Assembly (NCBI GenBank): GCA_965199825.1
Contig: OZ241329.1
Span: 1,856,001 to 1,920,000 of the forward strand
DNA from: Bdellovibrionales bacterium
GTDB taxonomy: Bacteria > Bdellovibrionota > Bdellovibrionia > Bdellovibrionales > UBA1609
Direction: 5' to 3'
Length of the DNA: 64,000 nt
Part shown: positions 29,065 through 38,685 of the stretch, piece by piece
Position numbering within the stretch: the stretch's first letter is position 1
Layout: the number at the start of each line of letters is the position of its first letter
Position numbers and translations under genes: made by a program
Notes under the pieces: generated by a model
What the model saw: the letters and a program-made list of their open reading frames with translations, nothing else
Told to the model about the DNA's origin: nothing
Databases searched by the model: none

Positions 29065-30597
29065 TTGACGGAATCAAAACTAAAAAGACAAAAATGGCTG
29101 ATGCTTCTCGCACTTTTTTTTAGCTTTGCAAGTTATGCGCTTGAAATTCAGGGTTTCGTTACCAAGGACTGTGCAAAGGTTGCAGGCATTATCGTCTATG
29201 CCACTGATTCTGAAATCGAAATCGTCAATCTCAAAGGACAACTTCAAAAAATTGATGTGCACGATATTTCGTCTTTGGTGGCGTTTGATGTGCTCGACAA
29301 TCCCATCGGCACATTTCAAATCGATGACAAACTAAAAGAGCGCCTTAAGCTTTTATATATTGAAGACCAAAAAGGTGTGCCGGTTTTTGCGATTCGCTTT
29401 ATCGAAGACTTACTTTTATTTATGACTTTGGACGGCAAAGTTCAGGTTCATTCCTTTTCTGATATCCAAAAGCTGAGGCCTGCAACCGAAAATGTCGAAC
29501 CACATCGGCGATTTTCAAAAAATCCCAATTTTGATTTTTCGGGAGCTTCTGCCAGCTGCAGTTTTGATTCTGATAATGGGATCAAACCCACGCGGATCAT
29601 GACCGATCAAATTAGCATCGGCGAATTTATCAATGATTTTGCCAGGGGTTATGAGGGACTTGAAAGTTTTGAAGAGCGCACCTATCTGTACTCTCGCCCA
29701 TATCTGTTCGAACGCCATGCACGTTTTGGACTCTCTGTGGTTTCCTCGCGCACCGAGCCCGCGATCGAGGCTCCGGTGTTTTTTCAATTCTCATCTGGTG
29801 AGCCCTATCGCTTTCAAAGTTTCACTGCCTTTGGAATGATCTCGCAAGAATTTTTGCCCAACTCCGAGCCCACATTTAGTCTACGGTCCGAAGTCAAATC
29901 ACATTTGTTTCACGCTTTATTTGCCGCCAATGTGCTGGGCATTCCTGCGGGCACCTCGATCTTTTTAAAACATCCAAGCGAAATGAAGCTTGAAAAGGAT
30001 GTGAACGTTCAACCCTCATTTAATTATTTGGCAATGATGGGGGCAGACTATGGTCCCTATAGTTTGTCGGTTGGACTTTATTATCCCACTTTTGGAATCA
30101 AGGTCGGCAACGAGTATCGCGAAGTGTTGGGAAGTTCGGTCTCCTATGCGGTGCGCGCGATGTATACCACTTCAATTTTGCGTCTTAGAGCGATCACCGC
30201 TTTTGTTCGCTACGATCAGAGTAAATCCTCATCGAGTGATGTGCTCTCAAAAACGGGCGAAGACGGCAACCTTGGCACTCCGACGAGTTTTCAATTTCAG
30301 AGTATATTTTTTCGTGGTGGAGCAGACTATCAGTATTCTGACCGCTTAAGATTTAGTGCTGACGCGATCATTGTTGAGGGATCATACAAAGAACAAATGA
30401 GCGGGCTGGGCAATGATATTCGATTTAATAAAGTCACCGCACAATTCACCGCCAAACAATCCTTTAGCGATTATCTTGCGGTCAGTCTTTCGGCAAATTT
30501 GCTTTATCATGATTTTAATTCGAATTTCGTCAACGTCTCGTTAAAAGACGACAAACAGGAGTCCAATTTTTTTGCATCCTTTGAATTTATTTTTTAG
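29065..30597 (+). CDS. Secreted protein, probable outer-membrane beta-barrel (paralogue 1)
   Basis: Signal peptide, amphipathic beta-strand-like C-terminal half, terminal Phe (FEFIF); start could be ATG 29101. Confidence 0.65.
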   Translation: MTESKLKRQKWLMLLALFFSFASYALEIQGFVTKDCAKVAGIIVYATDSEIEIVNLKGQLQKIDVHDISSLVAFDVLDNPIGTFQIDDKLKERLKLLYIEDQKGVPVFAIRFIEDLLLFMTLDGKVQVHSFSDIQKLRPATENVEPHRRFSKNPNFDFSGASASCSFDSDNGIKPTRIMTDQISIGEFINDFARGYEGLESFEERTYLYSRPYLFERHARFGLSVVSSRTEPAIEAPVFFQFSSGEPYRFQSFTAFGMISQEFLPNSEPTFSLRSEVKSHLFHALFAANVLGIPAGTSIFLKHPSEMKLEKDVNVQPSFNYLAMMGADYGPYSLSVGLYYPTFGIKVGNEYREVLGSSVSYAVRAMYTTSILRLRAITAFVRYDQSKSSSSDVLSKTGEDGNLGTPTSFQFQSIFFRGGADYQYSDRLRFSADAIIVEGSYKEQMSGLGNDIRFNKVTAQFTAKQSFSDYLAVSLSANLLYHDFNSNFVNVSLKDDKQESNFFASFEFIF

Positions 30598-32044
30598 TTT
30601 GATCCTCGGATTTTTGACGCTTGAGGCTCATGCCATCAACCTGCATGCGCTCTACACAGCTTCTTGTCAGCGGCATGTGGGAGTGATATTGGGCGTGACT
30701 CCGCGTCACCTTGCTTTATTAAATCTCGAAGGCAATATTGTAAATGTCGAGCGCTATGAGGTGATTTACTACGTCAATTATCCGCTCGATAAAGTTCCGA
30801 TGGCGAGTATCGAAAATCCAGAGCAAGTGCCCCAAGTGACGGTCAAGACTTTCCAAAATGGCGAGCTTGAAACTTTGGTTGTTGGTTGGCCGGTGGATTT
30901 TAGTGCCGATCGTGTTTCATTTTTGAGCCTTAAAGGATTAGAGGTTTCAATCGATCGTCGATCAATTTGGGATATTCGTTTTGACACGCGTAATGGCCGC
31001 GTGGCTTTTCCTCATGTGACAAAACAATTTGAGTTTGTGCCGCCTTATGCGTTTGCAAACTGTGCTACTGAAAAAAAGAAGTTGATCAAAGTTTTCCCCC
31101 AAGATGTGTTGAGCGATCCGGTTAAAATCAAACGCGAGTTTGATCGCTTAGAAGACAGTCACCGACGTCTTCAAAAATACGAAACCGAGGAGCACTTTTA
31201 TCCTGTGCCTGAAATCTACACCAACCAAACTCTGCTTGGATTGTGGCTGATGGCGGGCTCGCGCTATGGCGCCTCCGACAATCGCACCAATAATTTTACA
31301 CCTTTGTTAAGTAACGAATTTAGCTCGGGACCGTTTGGATTTCAGAGTGAGTTTCGCTCGGGCAGTGGGTTGCTCAACCAAACGATTCATGAAGAAACCC
31401 AAACCCAAGTGTATTACCGCATGAAAGCCGACTACTTTCATCTTTCGGCATTTTTTGATCCCAACCTCATTTTGGTGGGCGATAAATATAAGTGGGGACG
31501 AGATGATTTAAAATCCAACGACCTCCGTGCGATCGAAAGTGGATTTTTAGAAATGGGTTTTGATTGGGGCGCCTTCGCATTGGAAGTTTATATGGGCACA
31601 TCCCTCAATGTAGGCGCTCGCGAGCAAGATTATGTGAAGGAAGACACACTCTCCTTACCCCGAATTGGAATTCGCTATCAGGGCTACACCTGGATCTTAA
31701 GTGCGCAGGTGGGCTCAGGTTCCACCGACATTTTTAAGGGCAATTTTTTTCGCGCCAACTTTGAATATAAGCCTTCAAAAAACTGGCGCTATGCGGTCTC
31801 AGCGCTCAGTCGTAATCTAAAGTTTGATGGCAAAGATTCGAACACAAACACGCCTTTCCGATCTGAAAGCAAAAGCTTAACTGTAGCGGGCGATTTTCAG
31901 TTTCGATTTCATACGCGCTATTGGGCAGGATTAAATTTTGCTCTTGAACAGGTGGGTCAAACCGGATCGCTCAATGGCGGTGCTGATCAGAGCGAAAATC
32001 ATGTTTATCCAAAATTAGGAACAATGGTTTCGTTAAGTTTTTAA
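30572..32044 (+). CDS. Secreted protein, probable outer-membrane beta-barrel (paralogue 2)
   Basis: Signal peptide, same layout as upstream gene, terminal Phe (VSLSF). Confidence 0.65.
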   Translation: MHPLNLFFSLILGFLTLEAHAINLHALYTASCQRHVGVILGVTPRHLALLNLEGNIVNVERYEVIYYVNYPLDKVPMASIENPEQVPQVTVKTFQNGELETLVVGWPVDFSADRVSFLSLKGLEVSIDRRSIWDIRFDTRNGRVAFPHVTKQFEFVPPYAFANCATEKKKLIKVFPQDVLSDPVKIKREFDRLEDSHRRLQKYETEEHFYPVPEIYTNQTLLGLWLMAGSRYGASDNRTNNFTPLLSNEFSSGPFGFQSEFRSGSGLLNQTIHEETQTQVYYRMKADYFHLSAFFDPNLILVGDKYKWGRDDLKSNDLRAIESGFLEMGFDWGAFALEVYMGTSLNVGAREQDYVKEDTLSLPRIGIRYQGYTWILSAQVGSGSTDIFKGNFFRANFEYKPSKNWRYAVSALSRNLKFDGKDSNTNTPFRSESKSLTVAGDFQFRFHTRYWAGLNFALEQVGQTGSLNGGADQSENHVYPKLGTMVSLSF

Positions 32045-33141
32045 ACGTTAAATCTAAAAAATAAAACGTCGCCATCTTGTACAACGTACTCTTTGCCCTC
32101 AAGCCGGTATTTGCCCGCTTCTTTTACCGCAGATTCGCTTCCGAGTTTAAATAACTCTTCGCACGCATAAGTTTCGGCACGGATAAAACCTTTTTCGAAA
32201 TCGGTATGGATCACCCCTGCGGCTTGCGGCGCTTTATAACCTTGGCGAATGGTCCACGCTCGGACTTCTTTTTCGCCGGCGGTAAAAAAAGTCACAAGAT
32301 TGAGCAAACGATAAGATTCACGAATCAACCGAAATAATCCGGGCTCGCTCACTTTGAGCGAATCCAAAAATTCTTTTCGCTCGCTCGGTTCCAGTTGAGC
32401 GATCTCGGCCTCTAGACTGCTGCAAATACTTAAAGACAAATTATTTTCGGAAGTCGCACGCTCGTTGACCTTTTGAACAAAGGGCGAATTGCCCGAAATA
32501 AAATCTTCTTCAGAAACATTGCACACATACAAAACTGGTTTAGCAGTGAGGAGATGAAGTTCTTTATATAAGATTGCTTCGGAATCCAAAACCTCAACTG
32601 TGCGTGCAGGTTTTCCATCGCTCAAGGCATCATAAACTTTTTTGACCAATGCGTACTCGGCTTTTACTTTTGGATCTTTGGAGGTGCCTGCAAGCTTTTC
32701 GGTTTTTTTGATTCTTTTTTCCAGCGAATCGAGATCGGCCAACATCAATTCGGTATTGATCACATCGATATCTCTTAGGGGATCGACACTGCCGCTCACA
32801 TGGATCACATTCGGATCTTCAAAACATCTCACCACGTGAACGATCGCATCTGTTTGCCTAATATTGGCAAGAAATTGATTGCCCAATCCTTCGCCCTTTG
32901 AGGCGCCAGCGACCAAGCCCGCGATGTCGACAAATTCCATTGCGGTGGGAATCACGCTTTGGGGTTTAATAAAAGAGCAAATCTTATCCATCCGTTCATC
33001 GGGAACGGTGACCACGCCGACGTTTGGATCAATGGTGCAAAACGGATAGTTTGCGGCTTCGGCTTTTGCAGAGGTGAGAGCGTTAAAAAGAGTGCTTTTT
33101 CCAACATTGGGTAAGCCGACAATTCCTGCTTGCAGAGCCAT
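32041..33141 (-). CDS. ychF: Redox-regulated ATPase YchF
   Basis: GIVGLPNVGKSTLFNALT, ANYPFCTIDPN, HTDFEKGFIRAE, FRFNV. Confidence 0.98.
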   Translation of the reverse strand: MALQAGIVGLPNVGKSTLFNALTSAKAEAANYPFCTIDPNVGVVTVPDERMDKICSFIKPQSVIPTAMEFVDIAGLVAGASKGEGLGNQFLANIRQTDAIVHVVRCFEDPNVIHVSGSVDPLRDIDVINTELMLADLDSLEKRIKKTEKLAGTSKDPKVKAEYALVKKVYDALSDGKPARTVEVLDSEAILYKELHLLTAKPVLYVCNVSEEDFISGNSPFVQKVNERATSENNLSLSICSSLEAEIAQLEPSERKEFLDSLKVSEPGLFRLIRESYRLLNLVTFFTAGEKEVRAWTIRQGYKAPQAAGVIHTDFEKGFIRAETYACEELFKLGSESAVKEAGKYRLEGKEYVVQDGDVLFFRFNV

Positions 33142-33145
33142 TTGG

Positions 33146-33724
33146 TTAATCCTTTTTTATTTGTAAACTGTTATAGTACGATGCCGCACGATCATAGCCT
33201 TGGCTAAAAAAACTGCTAACAGCATCGGCGGCGGCTCCAATAAAATCGGACATCTCGGCCATTTCGCTTTTTGAAAAATTTTGTAAAACATAATCTGCCA
33301 CATCCTGACCCGGATGGCTTGGGCGGCCCACGCCCAATTTCAGTCGGGCATAGTCTGGGCCTAAATGTTGGGTCAGACTTTTTATTCCGTTGTGCCCACC
33401 AGCTCCACGGTTTTGATGAAATCGCATTTGTAAAAACGGCTGATCAATATCGTCTTGGATCACCAGTAAATCTTTGAGCTCAATATCATAAAATTTTAAA
33501 AGTGGTGCCACGCTCTCGCCCGAAAGATTCATATAGGTCTGAGGCTTAACCAAAATAACAGATTGTCCATCAATATTGATGCGCGAAGTTTGGGCGCGAT
33601 GCTCGGTTCGATAAGAGCCTGAGCCCAATTCTTGATTGATCGCATCGACCACAATAAATCCGATGTTGTGACGTTGAAGAACATATTGGGGGCCTGGATT
33701 TCCAAGCCCAACAAGACACTTCAT
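33146..33724 (-). CDS. pth: Peptidyl-tRNA hydrolase
   Basis: VGLGNPG, RHNIGF, KPQTYMNLSG, GGHNGIKS. Confidence 0.97.
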   Translation of the reverse strand: MKCLVGLGNPGPQYVLQRHNIGFIVVDAINQELGSGSYRTEHRAQTSRINIDGQSVILVKPQTYMNLSGESVAPLLKFYDIELKDLLVIQDDIDQPFLQMRFHQNRGAGGHNGIKSLTQHLGPDYARLKLGVGRPSHPGQDVADYVLQNFSKSEMAEMSDFIGAAADAVSSFFSQGYDRAASYYNSLQIKKD

Positions 33725-33734
33725 CTATTGATCG

Positions 33735-34415
33735 TCATTTTTTAGCAGCAGCATCTTTCTTAGCATCTGCTGCGGGCGCAGCAGCACCGGCTGCAGGAGT
33801 TGCACCGGGTGCAGCGGCCGCAGTGGCGTCAGCGGGAACAACGGTCGCAACTTCTTCACGAACAACTGCGACTGTCGCAATTGTTTCTTCGATCGAAGTC
33901 ACAAGTTTGAGGCCCTCTGGAATTTGAATGTCTGAAACGTGCAAGCTGCCATCAAGGCCAATGCCGGAGACATCAACAGCAATAAAATCAGGAATTTGTG
34001 TGGGTAAACATTCGACTTCGATATCTCGTCGAACAGCATTAAAGATCCCACCTTCTGTGGTTCCAATCGCTTTACCTTCAAATCGCAATTCAACACTGAC
34101 ACGAACCGATTTGGTCATATCGGGTGCAAAAAAATCGAAATGAACAGGGCGGCGTGAAACGGGATGAATCGTCACATGTTTTTTTAAAACTTTTAAGCCA
34201 TTCAAAGCTTGGTCTTGGGATTTTAAAGTAAAAATCGCATTTTCAAAACCATGTTTGTTGTAGCGGACCGCATCGCTTTCGTTGAGCGAAATAACGATGT
34301 TCTCGATTTTTGGTCCGTAAACCACAGCCGGAACAATTTTATTTTTGCGCAGCGAGCTTACTTTTTTTCCAGCTATTCTGCTATTTACTTCGATCGATAA
34401 TTCTTGCTGAGCCAT
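33735..34415 (-). CDS. rplY: 50S ribosomal protein L25/Ctc
   Basis: VPAVVYG, HPV..PVHFDF, CLPTQIPD; Ala-rich tail; GAAGGAG RBS before ATG 34415. Confidence 0.95.
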   Translation of the reverse strand: MAQQELSIEVNSRIAGKKVSSLRKNKIVPAVVYGPKIENIVISLNESDAVRYNKHGFENAIFTLKSQDQALNGLKVLKKHVTIHPVSRRPVHFDFFAPDMTKSVRVSVELRFEGKAIGTTEGGIFNAVRRDIEVECLPTQIPDFIAVDVSGIGLDGSLHVSDIQIPEGLKLVTSIEETIATVAVVREEVATVVPADATAAAAPGATPAAGAAAPAADAKKDAAAKK

Positions 34416-34429
34416 TGTCTCTCCTTCAA

Positions 34430-35377
34430 TCAAGATTCAAAAAGTGCACTCACTGAGTCGTAGGAATAAATTCTTCGTATTGCTTCGGCCACAACGGGCG
34501 CCACACTGATCACTTCAAACTTACCACTGTCAATTGCGGCTTGCTTTAAGGGAATGGTGTCGCTGACCCAAACTTTTTGAACTCCGCACTCAATTAATCG
34601 TGAAACGGCGGGACCAGAAAGAACGGGATGTGTGGCAACGGCAAACACCTCTTTTGCACCATTCCGCATTAAACTGTCAACCGCCTGAACCAATGTTCCG
34701 GCAGTATCGATCATGTCATCAAGAATCACCGCGATTTTTCCACGCACATCTCCAATGAGGTGCAGCGCCTGGGCTTCGTTAGGTCCAGTCCGACGTTTAT
34801 CAATAATAGCTAAAGCGCATTCCACTCGCTTGGCAAATGCTCTGGAGCGTTCGACCCCACCCGCATCGGGGCTAACAATAACAAATTTATCACCAAAGCC
34901 CATCCGGTCACGCCAAGCACGGGCAAATGTTGGGATCGCAAAAAGGTGATCGACCGGGCCATCAAAAAATCCCTGAATTTGTGAAGAATGAAGATCGACC
35001 ATAAGGAGTCGGTTCGCACCGGCACTCTCCAAAAGTTTTGCCACACATTTTGCAGAAATGGGTGCGCGTGGAGCAACTTTGCGATCTTGCCTTGCGTAAC
35101 CATAGTACGGCATCACCGCAGTGATATCGGCGCATGAAGCTCGCTTTAAAGCATCAAGCACCATAAACAGTTCCATATAGTTTTCGTTTACAGGTGGCGC
35201 GGTACTTTGCACCACAAACACGTTGCAACCGCGAACCGATTCATGAATTTCGACTTGCACTTCGCCATCAGCAAATCGTGAAATCGAAATTGCTCCGAGT
35301 TCGACGCCCGCCGCTTTTGCCACACGAGCCGCGAATTGGGGATTTGAATTTCCAGAAAATATTTTTAGCCCCGTCAT
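34430..35377 (-). CDS. prs: Ribose-phosphate pyrophosphokinase
   Basis: FADGE, PYYGYARQDRK, SPDAGG, DDMIDTAGT. Confidence 0.97.
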   Translation of the reverse strand: MTGLKIFSGNSNPQFAARVAKAAGVELGAISISRFADGEVQVEIHESVRGCNVFVVQSTAPPVNENYMELFMVLDALKRASCADITAVMPYYGYARQDRKVAPRAPISAKCVAKLLESAGANRLLMVDLHSSQIQGFFDGPVDHLFAIPTFARAWRDRMGFGDKFVIVSPDAGGVERSRAFAKRVECALAIIDKRRTGPNEAQALHLIGDVRGKIAVILDDMIDTAGTLVQAVDSLMRNGAKEVFAVATHPVLSGPAVSRLIECGVQKVWVSDTIPLKQAAIDSGKFEVISVAPVVAEAIRRIYSYDSVSALFES

Positions 35378-35420
35378 AAGTTTGAAAACCTTAACGGATA
35401 AAGGTTTTTAAAGCAAAGAC

Positions 35421-36011
35421 TCAGTCTTTTGCTTTGAGAATCTCAAGAAGTTGTTTCAGCGCTTTTGCTCGATGTGAGATCAAATTCTTTTTTGCAGGGT
35501 CCATCTCGCCAAGAGTTTTTGTTTCGCCCTCAGGAATAAATAAAGCATCGTAACCAAAACCACTTTGGCCTTTTAAGGTTGACCCGATTTGTCCCGAAAG
35601 CTCAGCCTCAATCGCATATTCTTTTCCTGCTGGAGAATACACCACAATTGAGCAAACAAATTTTGCTGATCGATTAGGCCCTGCGCGAAGCTGCATCATT
35701 TTTAAAAGTTTTGCGTTGTTTTCGCCATCGGAGGCTTTTTCGCCCGCATACCTTGCCGAATGAATTCCTGGTAAACCACTTAAAGCCTCAACCATCAGAC
35801 CACTGTCTTCGCCCAAAACCCACTGGTCGGATTTAAGTGCTTTAAAACTTTTAGCTTTGAGTCGAGCATTTTCTAAAAAAGTTTTACCAGTTTCCTTGGG
35901 ATAAGCATAAAACGAGAGCTCTTTGGGTGAATGAATTTGAAAGCCCGGAATCAAACTTTTAAATTCAGAAAGTTTTCCCTGATTGCTGGTTGCGATCCAT
36001 AAGTCGGTCAT
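35421..36011 (-). CDS. rdgB: Non-canonical purine NTP pyrophosphatase
   Basis: ATSNQGK, EDSGL, PGIHSARYAG, GFGYD, SHR. Confidence 0.95.
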   Translation of the reverse strand: MTDLWIATSNQGKLSEFKSLIPGFQIHSPKELSFYAYPKETGKTFLENARLKAKSFKALKSDQWVLGEDSGLMVEALSGLPGIHSARYAGEKASDGENNAKLLKMMQLRAGPNRSAKFVCSIVVYSPAGKEYAIEAELSGQIGSTLKGQSGFGYDALFIPEGETKTLGEMDPAKKNLISHRAKALKQLLEILKAKD

Positions 36012-36730
36012 AATGTGAAAAAGTCGCCGATCACACTTTGTTGAATTTTAAAAAGTTCAATACAGCCAAGCTCTGCTAAGCCCATCATGTCGAGCATTTG
36101 TTGGCGCGAAAAACTGCCTTTTTCGGCGGTGCCTTGAACCTCGATCATTTCGTTTTTATGGGTCATCACAAAATTCATATCCACCGAACACATGGCGTCT
36201 TCTTCATAATTGAGATCAAGCAGAGCCTTGCCTTGATGAAGTCCAACGCTAATTGCCGCCACGTAATGAAGAAGTGGATTTTGACTGATGACACTTTGGT
36301 TTTTTAATAAATCAAGAGCAAGTGCGAGCGCAACAAATCCTCCAGTGATCGCAGCGGTTCGAGTGCCGCCATCGGCTTGGAGAACATCGCAATCAATAGA
36401 GATTTGTCTTTCGCCTAGGGCTTTTAAATCGACCGCTGCTCTGAGGCTTCGGCCAAGGAGGCGAGAAATTTCTTGGGTTCTCCCGCCACTCATCGATTTT
36501 TCGCGCGCCATTCGGGTATGAGTCGAGCGCGGCAGCATTCCGTATTCGGCCGTGACCCAACCTTTGCCGGAACCTTGGAGCCAGCGCGGAATTTGTGACT
36601 CCACAGAAGCTGTGCACATCACACGCGTGTGTCCAAAGCGAATGTCGACACTGCCTTCGGCATATCGAGCGACGTTGGGAATAATTTCGACTTTTCTTAA
36701 AGCTTCGGGAGATCGACCATCAAAACGCAT
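36008..36730 (-). CDS. rph: Ribonuclease PH
   Basis: GWVTAEYGMLPRST, GRTQEISRL, DVLQADGGTRTAAITG. Confidence 0.97.
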   Translation of the reverse strand: MRFDGRSPEALRKVEIIPNVARYAEGSVDIRFGHTRVMCTASVESQIPRWLQGSGKGWVTAEYGMLPRSTHTRMAREKSMSGGRTQEISRLLGRSLRAAVDLKALGERQISIDCDVLQADGGTRTAAITGGFVALALALDLLKNQSVISQNPLLHYVAAISVGLHQGKALLDLNYEEDAMCSVDMNFVMTHKNEMIEVQGTAEKGSFSRQQMLDMMGLAELGCIELFKIQQSVIGDFFTL

Positions 36731-37484
36731 GAGGCGTGTTATCTATGAAATCCTTAAAATTGACAAGGCCGTGATAAATGCCTTGGGCCATTGCATTTTG
36801 GGTTGATTCTTTTTGGAGCATGTCGGCGTCGTCGGTGTTGGTGATAAAACCCATTTCGACTAGTGTTGATGGCATATCCACAAAGCTGATCATATGAAAC
36901 GGCGCTTGTTTGACCGATTGGGCTTTGACCTTTTTGGGACCTTGCCAAGCATCAAGCAAAAACGTTGTGAGCTTTGAACTGCGACGAACCCGGTCATTGC
37001 GCAAAAGATCATCCAGGATCAATTTCGTTTCTCTATTTTTACTGTAGGGAGTGGAGAGGGCACTTAAAGTCTCGTCGAGTTTCATCTCGGGCTCATCGGA
37101 TTGATTTTCTGAAGCTGCTAAAAACATCGACTCTTCATCGGGTGGCAATTGGTTTTGAAAATAAAATTCTGCACCGTGGGCTTTTTTTTGTGGTGACGAA
37201 TTGACATGAAGACTGATCGCCACCGAAACATGCTGATGCCGAGCTTGAGCTGCACGAACGGCGAGGGGAACGAAGGTATCGGTGCGGCGAGAAAGTATCG
37301 ATCTCATCCCAGGGGTCTGGTTGATTAATTTTTCTAATTTGATCCCAACCTTTAAAACGATATCGCTCTCTTCGGTTCTTTTCATACAGGCACCGCGGTC
37401 TTTTCCGCCATGTCCGGGGTCCACAAAAACCACAAAGTCTTTTGCAAAAGCACTCGTCAAAATTAAAACCAAAAAATTAAACAT
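36720..37484 (-). CDS. N-acetylmuramoyl-L-alanine amidase (Amidase_3)
   Basis: VDPGHGGKD, SLHVN, LVEMGFITN; signal peptide. Confidence 0.92.
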   Translation of the reverse strand: MFNFLVLILTSAFAKDFVVFVDPGHGGKDRGACMKRTEESDIVLKVGIKLEKLINQTPGMRSILSRRTDTFVPLAVRAAQARHQHVSVAISLHVNSSPQKKAHGAEFYFQNQLPPDEESMFLAASENQSDEPEMKLDETLSALSTPYSKNRETKLILDDLLRNDRVRRSSKLTTFLLDAWQGPKKVKAQSVKQAPFHMISFVDMPSTLVEMGFITNTDDADMLQKESTQNAMAQGIYHGLVNFKDFIDNTPHAF

Positions 37485-37556
37485 ATCTTATTGTCTTTTA
37501 AAACCAAAGGATTGGTCGAGAGGGGCAAGCTGAGTTTTGGTCCAAGGTGGAGGAAG

Positions 37557-37609
37557 AAAAAAAGCGACCTGGGAGGGTAAGTTGAGGGGGCCAGGCCGCT
37601 AAGGGGTAC
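37557..37609 (-). ncRNA. Candidate ~53-nt C-rich small RNA ending in an intrinsic terminator
   Basis: Minus strand GTACCCCTTA-GCGGCCTGG-CCCCCTCAACTTACCCTC-CCAGGTCGC-T7, about 12 nt downstream of a consensus sigma54 site. Confidence 0.55.
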
Positions 37610-37619
37610 TTCAGCATTT

Positions 37620-37636
37620 AGCAAGCAAAGTGCCAA
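37620..37636 (-). promoter_or_regulatory. sigma54 (-24/-12) promoter
   Basis: Minus strand TTGGCACTTTGCTTGCT matches TGGCAC-N5-TTGCW exactly. Confidence 0.75.
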
Positions 37637-37667
37637 TTTATTTTACAAGACCTTAGTGGGGATGCAC

Positions 37668-37696
37668 TTAACTTTAAAGACCTAAAAACCGATAAA
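37668..37696 (+). promoter_or_regulatory. Putative sigma28 (FliA)-like promoter
   Basis: TTAA-N16-ACCGATAA immediately upstream of ATG 37702. Confidence 0.4.
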
Positions 37697-37701
37697 AAAA
37701 T

Positions 37702-38685
37702 ATGAAACTAAAAATTGCTTTTATATTTTGTGTGCTCGTTTTGAACTCGACAGCCTTTGCCAAAGATATCGATGATGTGGAGTCGGGATTAGAAACCACT
37801 TTGTCCGAATCCGAAGCCGCACGGGCCGAGGCGAAATCGGCCTCACAGCGCGCCAAAGAAGAAGAGCGCAAACGCCAAGCTGCACAAATCAAACTCGAAT
37901 CAACCAAAACTAAGGCCGAAGCTCTTGAAAAAGCGGCACGCCAAAAAATCAATGAGCTTGATACAAAAACAACTCAAGCCAAAGTTGAGCGCGCAAAATT
38001 TGAGCGAGAAACAAAGCAGTTCGAATCACAAATCGAAAAATGGAATAAAAATCTCGAAGAAGCAAAAAAACAAGCAGCAGATGCGATCGAAAAAAAGCAA
38101 ACCGCAGAACAAACTCATTCGGCTCGCGCCCAAGAACTTGAGACTTTAAAAGAACAACTCAAAGATGCCAAAACCAATGCGTCATCGGCAAAAACCGAGA
38201 GTCAAAATTCTGAGTCGCGACTCAAAGCCATACAAATGAAATATGACGAGCAGTCGCAAATCAATTCTCAAGAGATCGAAAAGCTTCAAACCGAAATTAA
38301 GACTTACCGAACACAAGCCTTGGCCTCAGAATCCCAAATGCGCAAACTTCGTGGACAACAAAAAAAATCAGAAGACGAAACCGCTTTGCTAGAAGTGGAA
38401 GCCGAGGGCGCCAAAGCCAGAGCCGCCCATTCTGCTAAATACCTTGCAGATCTAAAAATGAATACCGCACAAAAACTCGAAGCTCTAAAAAATCGGGCTC
38501 AATCTGCTTCGGGTAAAGTTCAAGCTTCAAGCGAAAACGAATCTACCATTCGTCGCAATACCGCATCTGAGCAATCGACCAACAATGCGGTAAGCGCAAA
38601 AAATATGAATGATGCAATGAACGTCAAATTGATCAAGCGTCATCATAATTGCGGTGCTTCAGAGGATTGCCAACCGAGCAAGTGA
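37702..38685 (+). CDS. Secreted long coiled-coil protein
   Basis: Signal peptide ending AFA; E/K/A/Q-rich heptads throughout. Confidence 0.75.
   Translation: MKLKIAFIFCVLVLNSTAFAKDIDDVESGLETTLSESEAARAEAKSASQRAKEEERKRQAAQIKLESTKTKAEALEKAARQKINELDTKTTQAKVERAKFERETKQFESQIEKWNKNLEEAKKQAADAIEKKQTAEQTHSARAQELETLKEQLKDAKTNASSAKTESQNSESRLKAIQMKYDEQSQINSQEIEKLQTEIKTYRTQALASESQMRKLRGQQKKSEDETALLEVEAEGAKARAAHSAKYLADLKMNTAQKLEALKNRAQSASGKVQASSENESTIRRNTASEQSTNNAVSAKNMNDAMNVKLIKRHHNCGASEDCQPSK

Noticed and set aside
33735..33850. GC-rich repetitive tract
   Set aside because: It encodes the ordinary Ala/Pro-rich tail of L25/Ctc.
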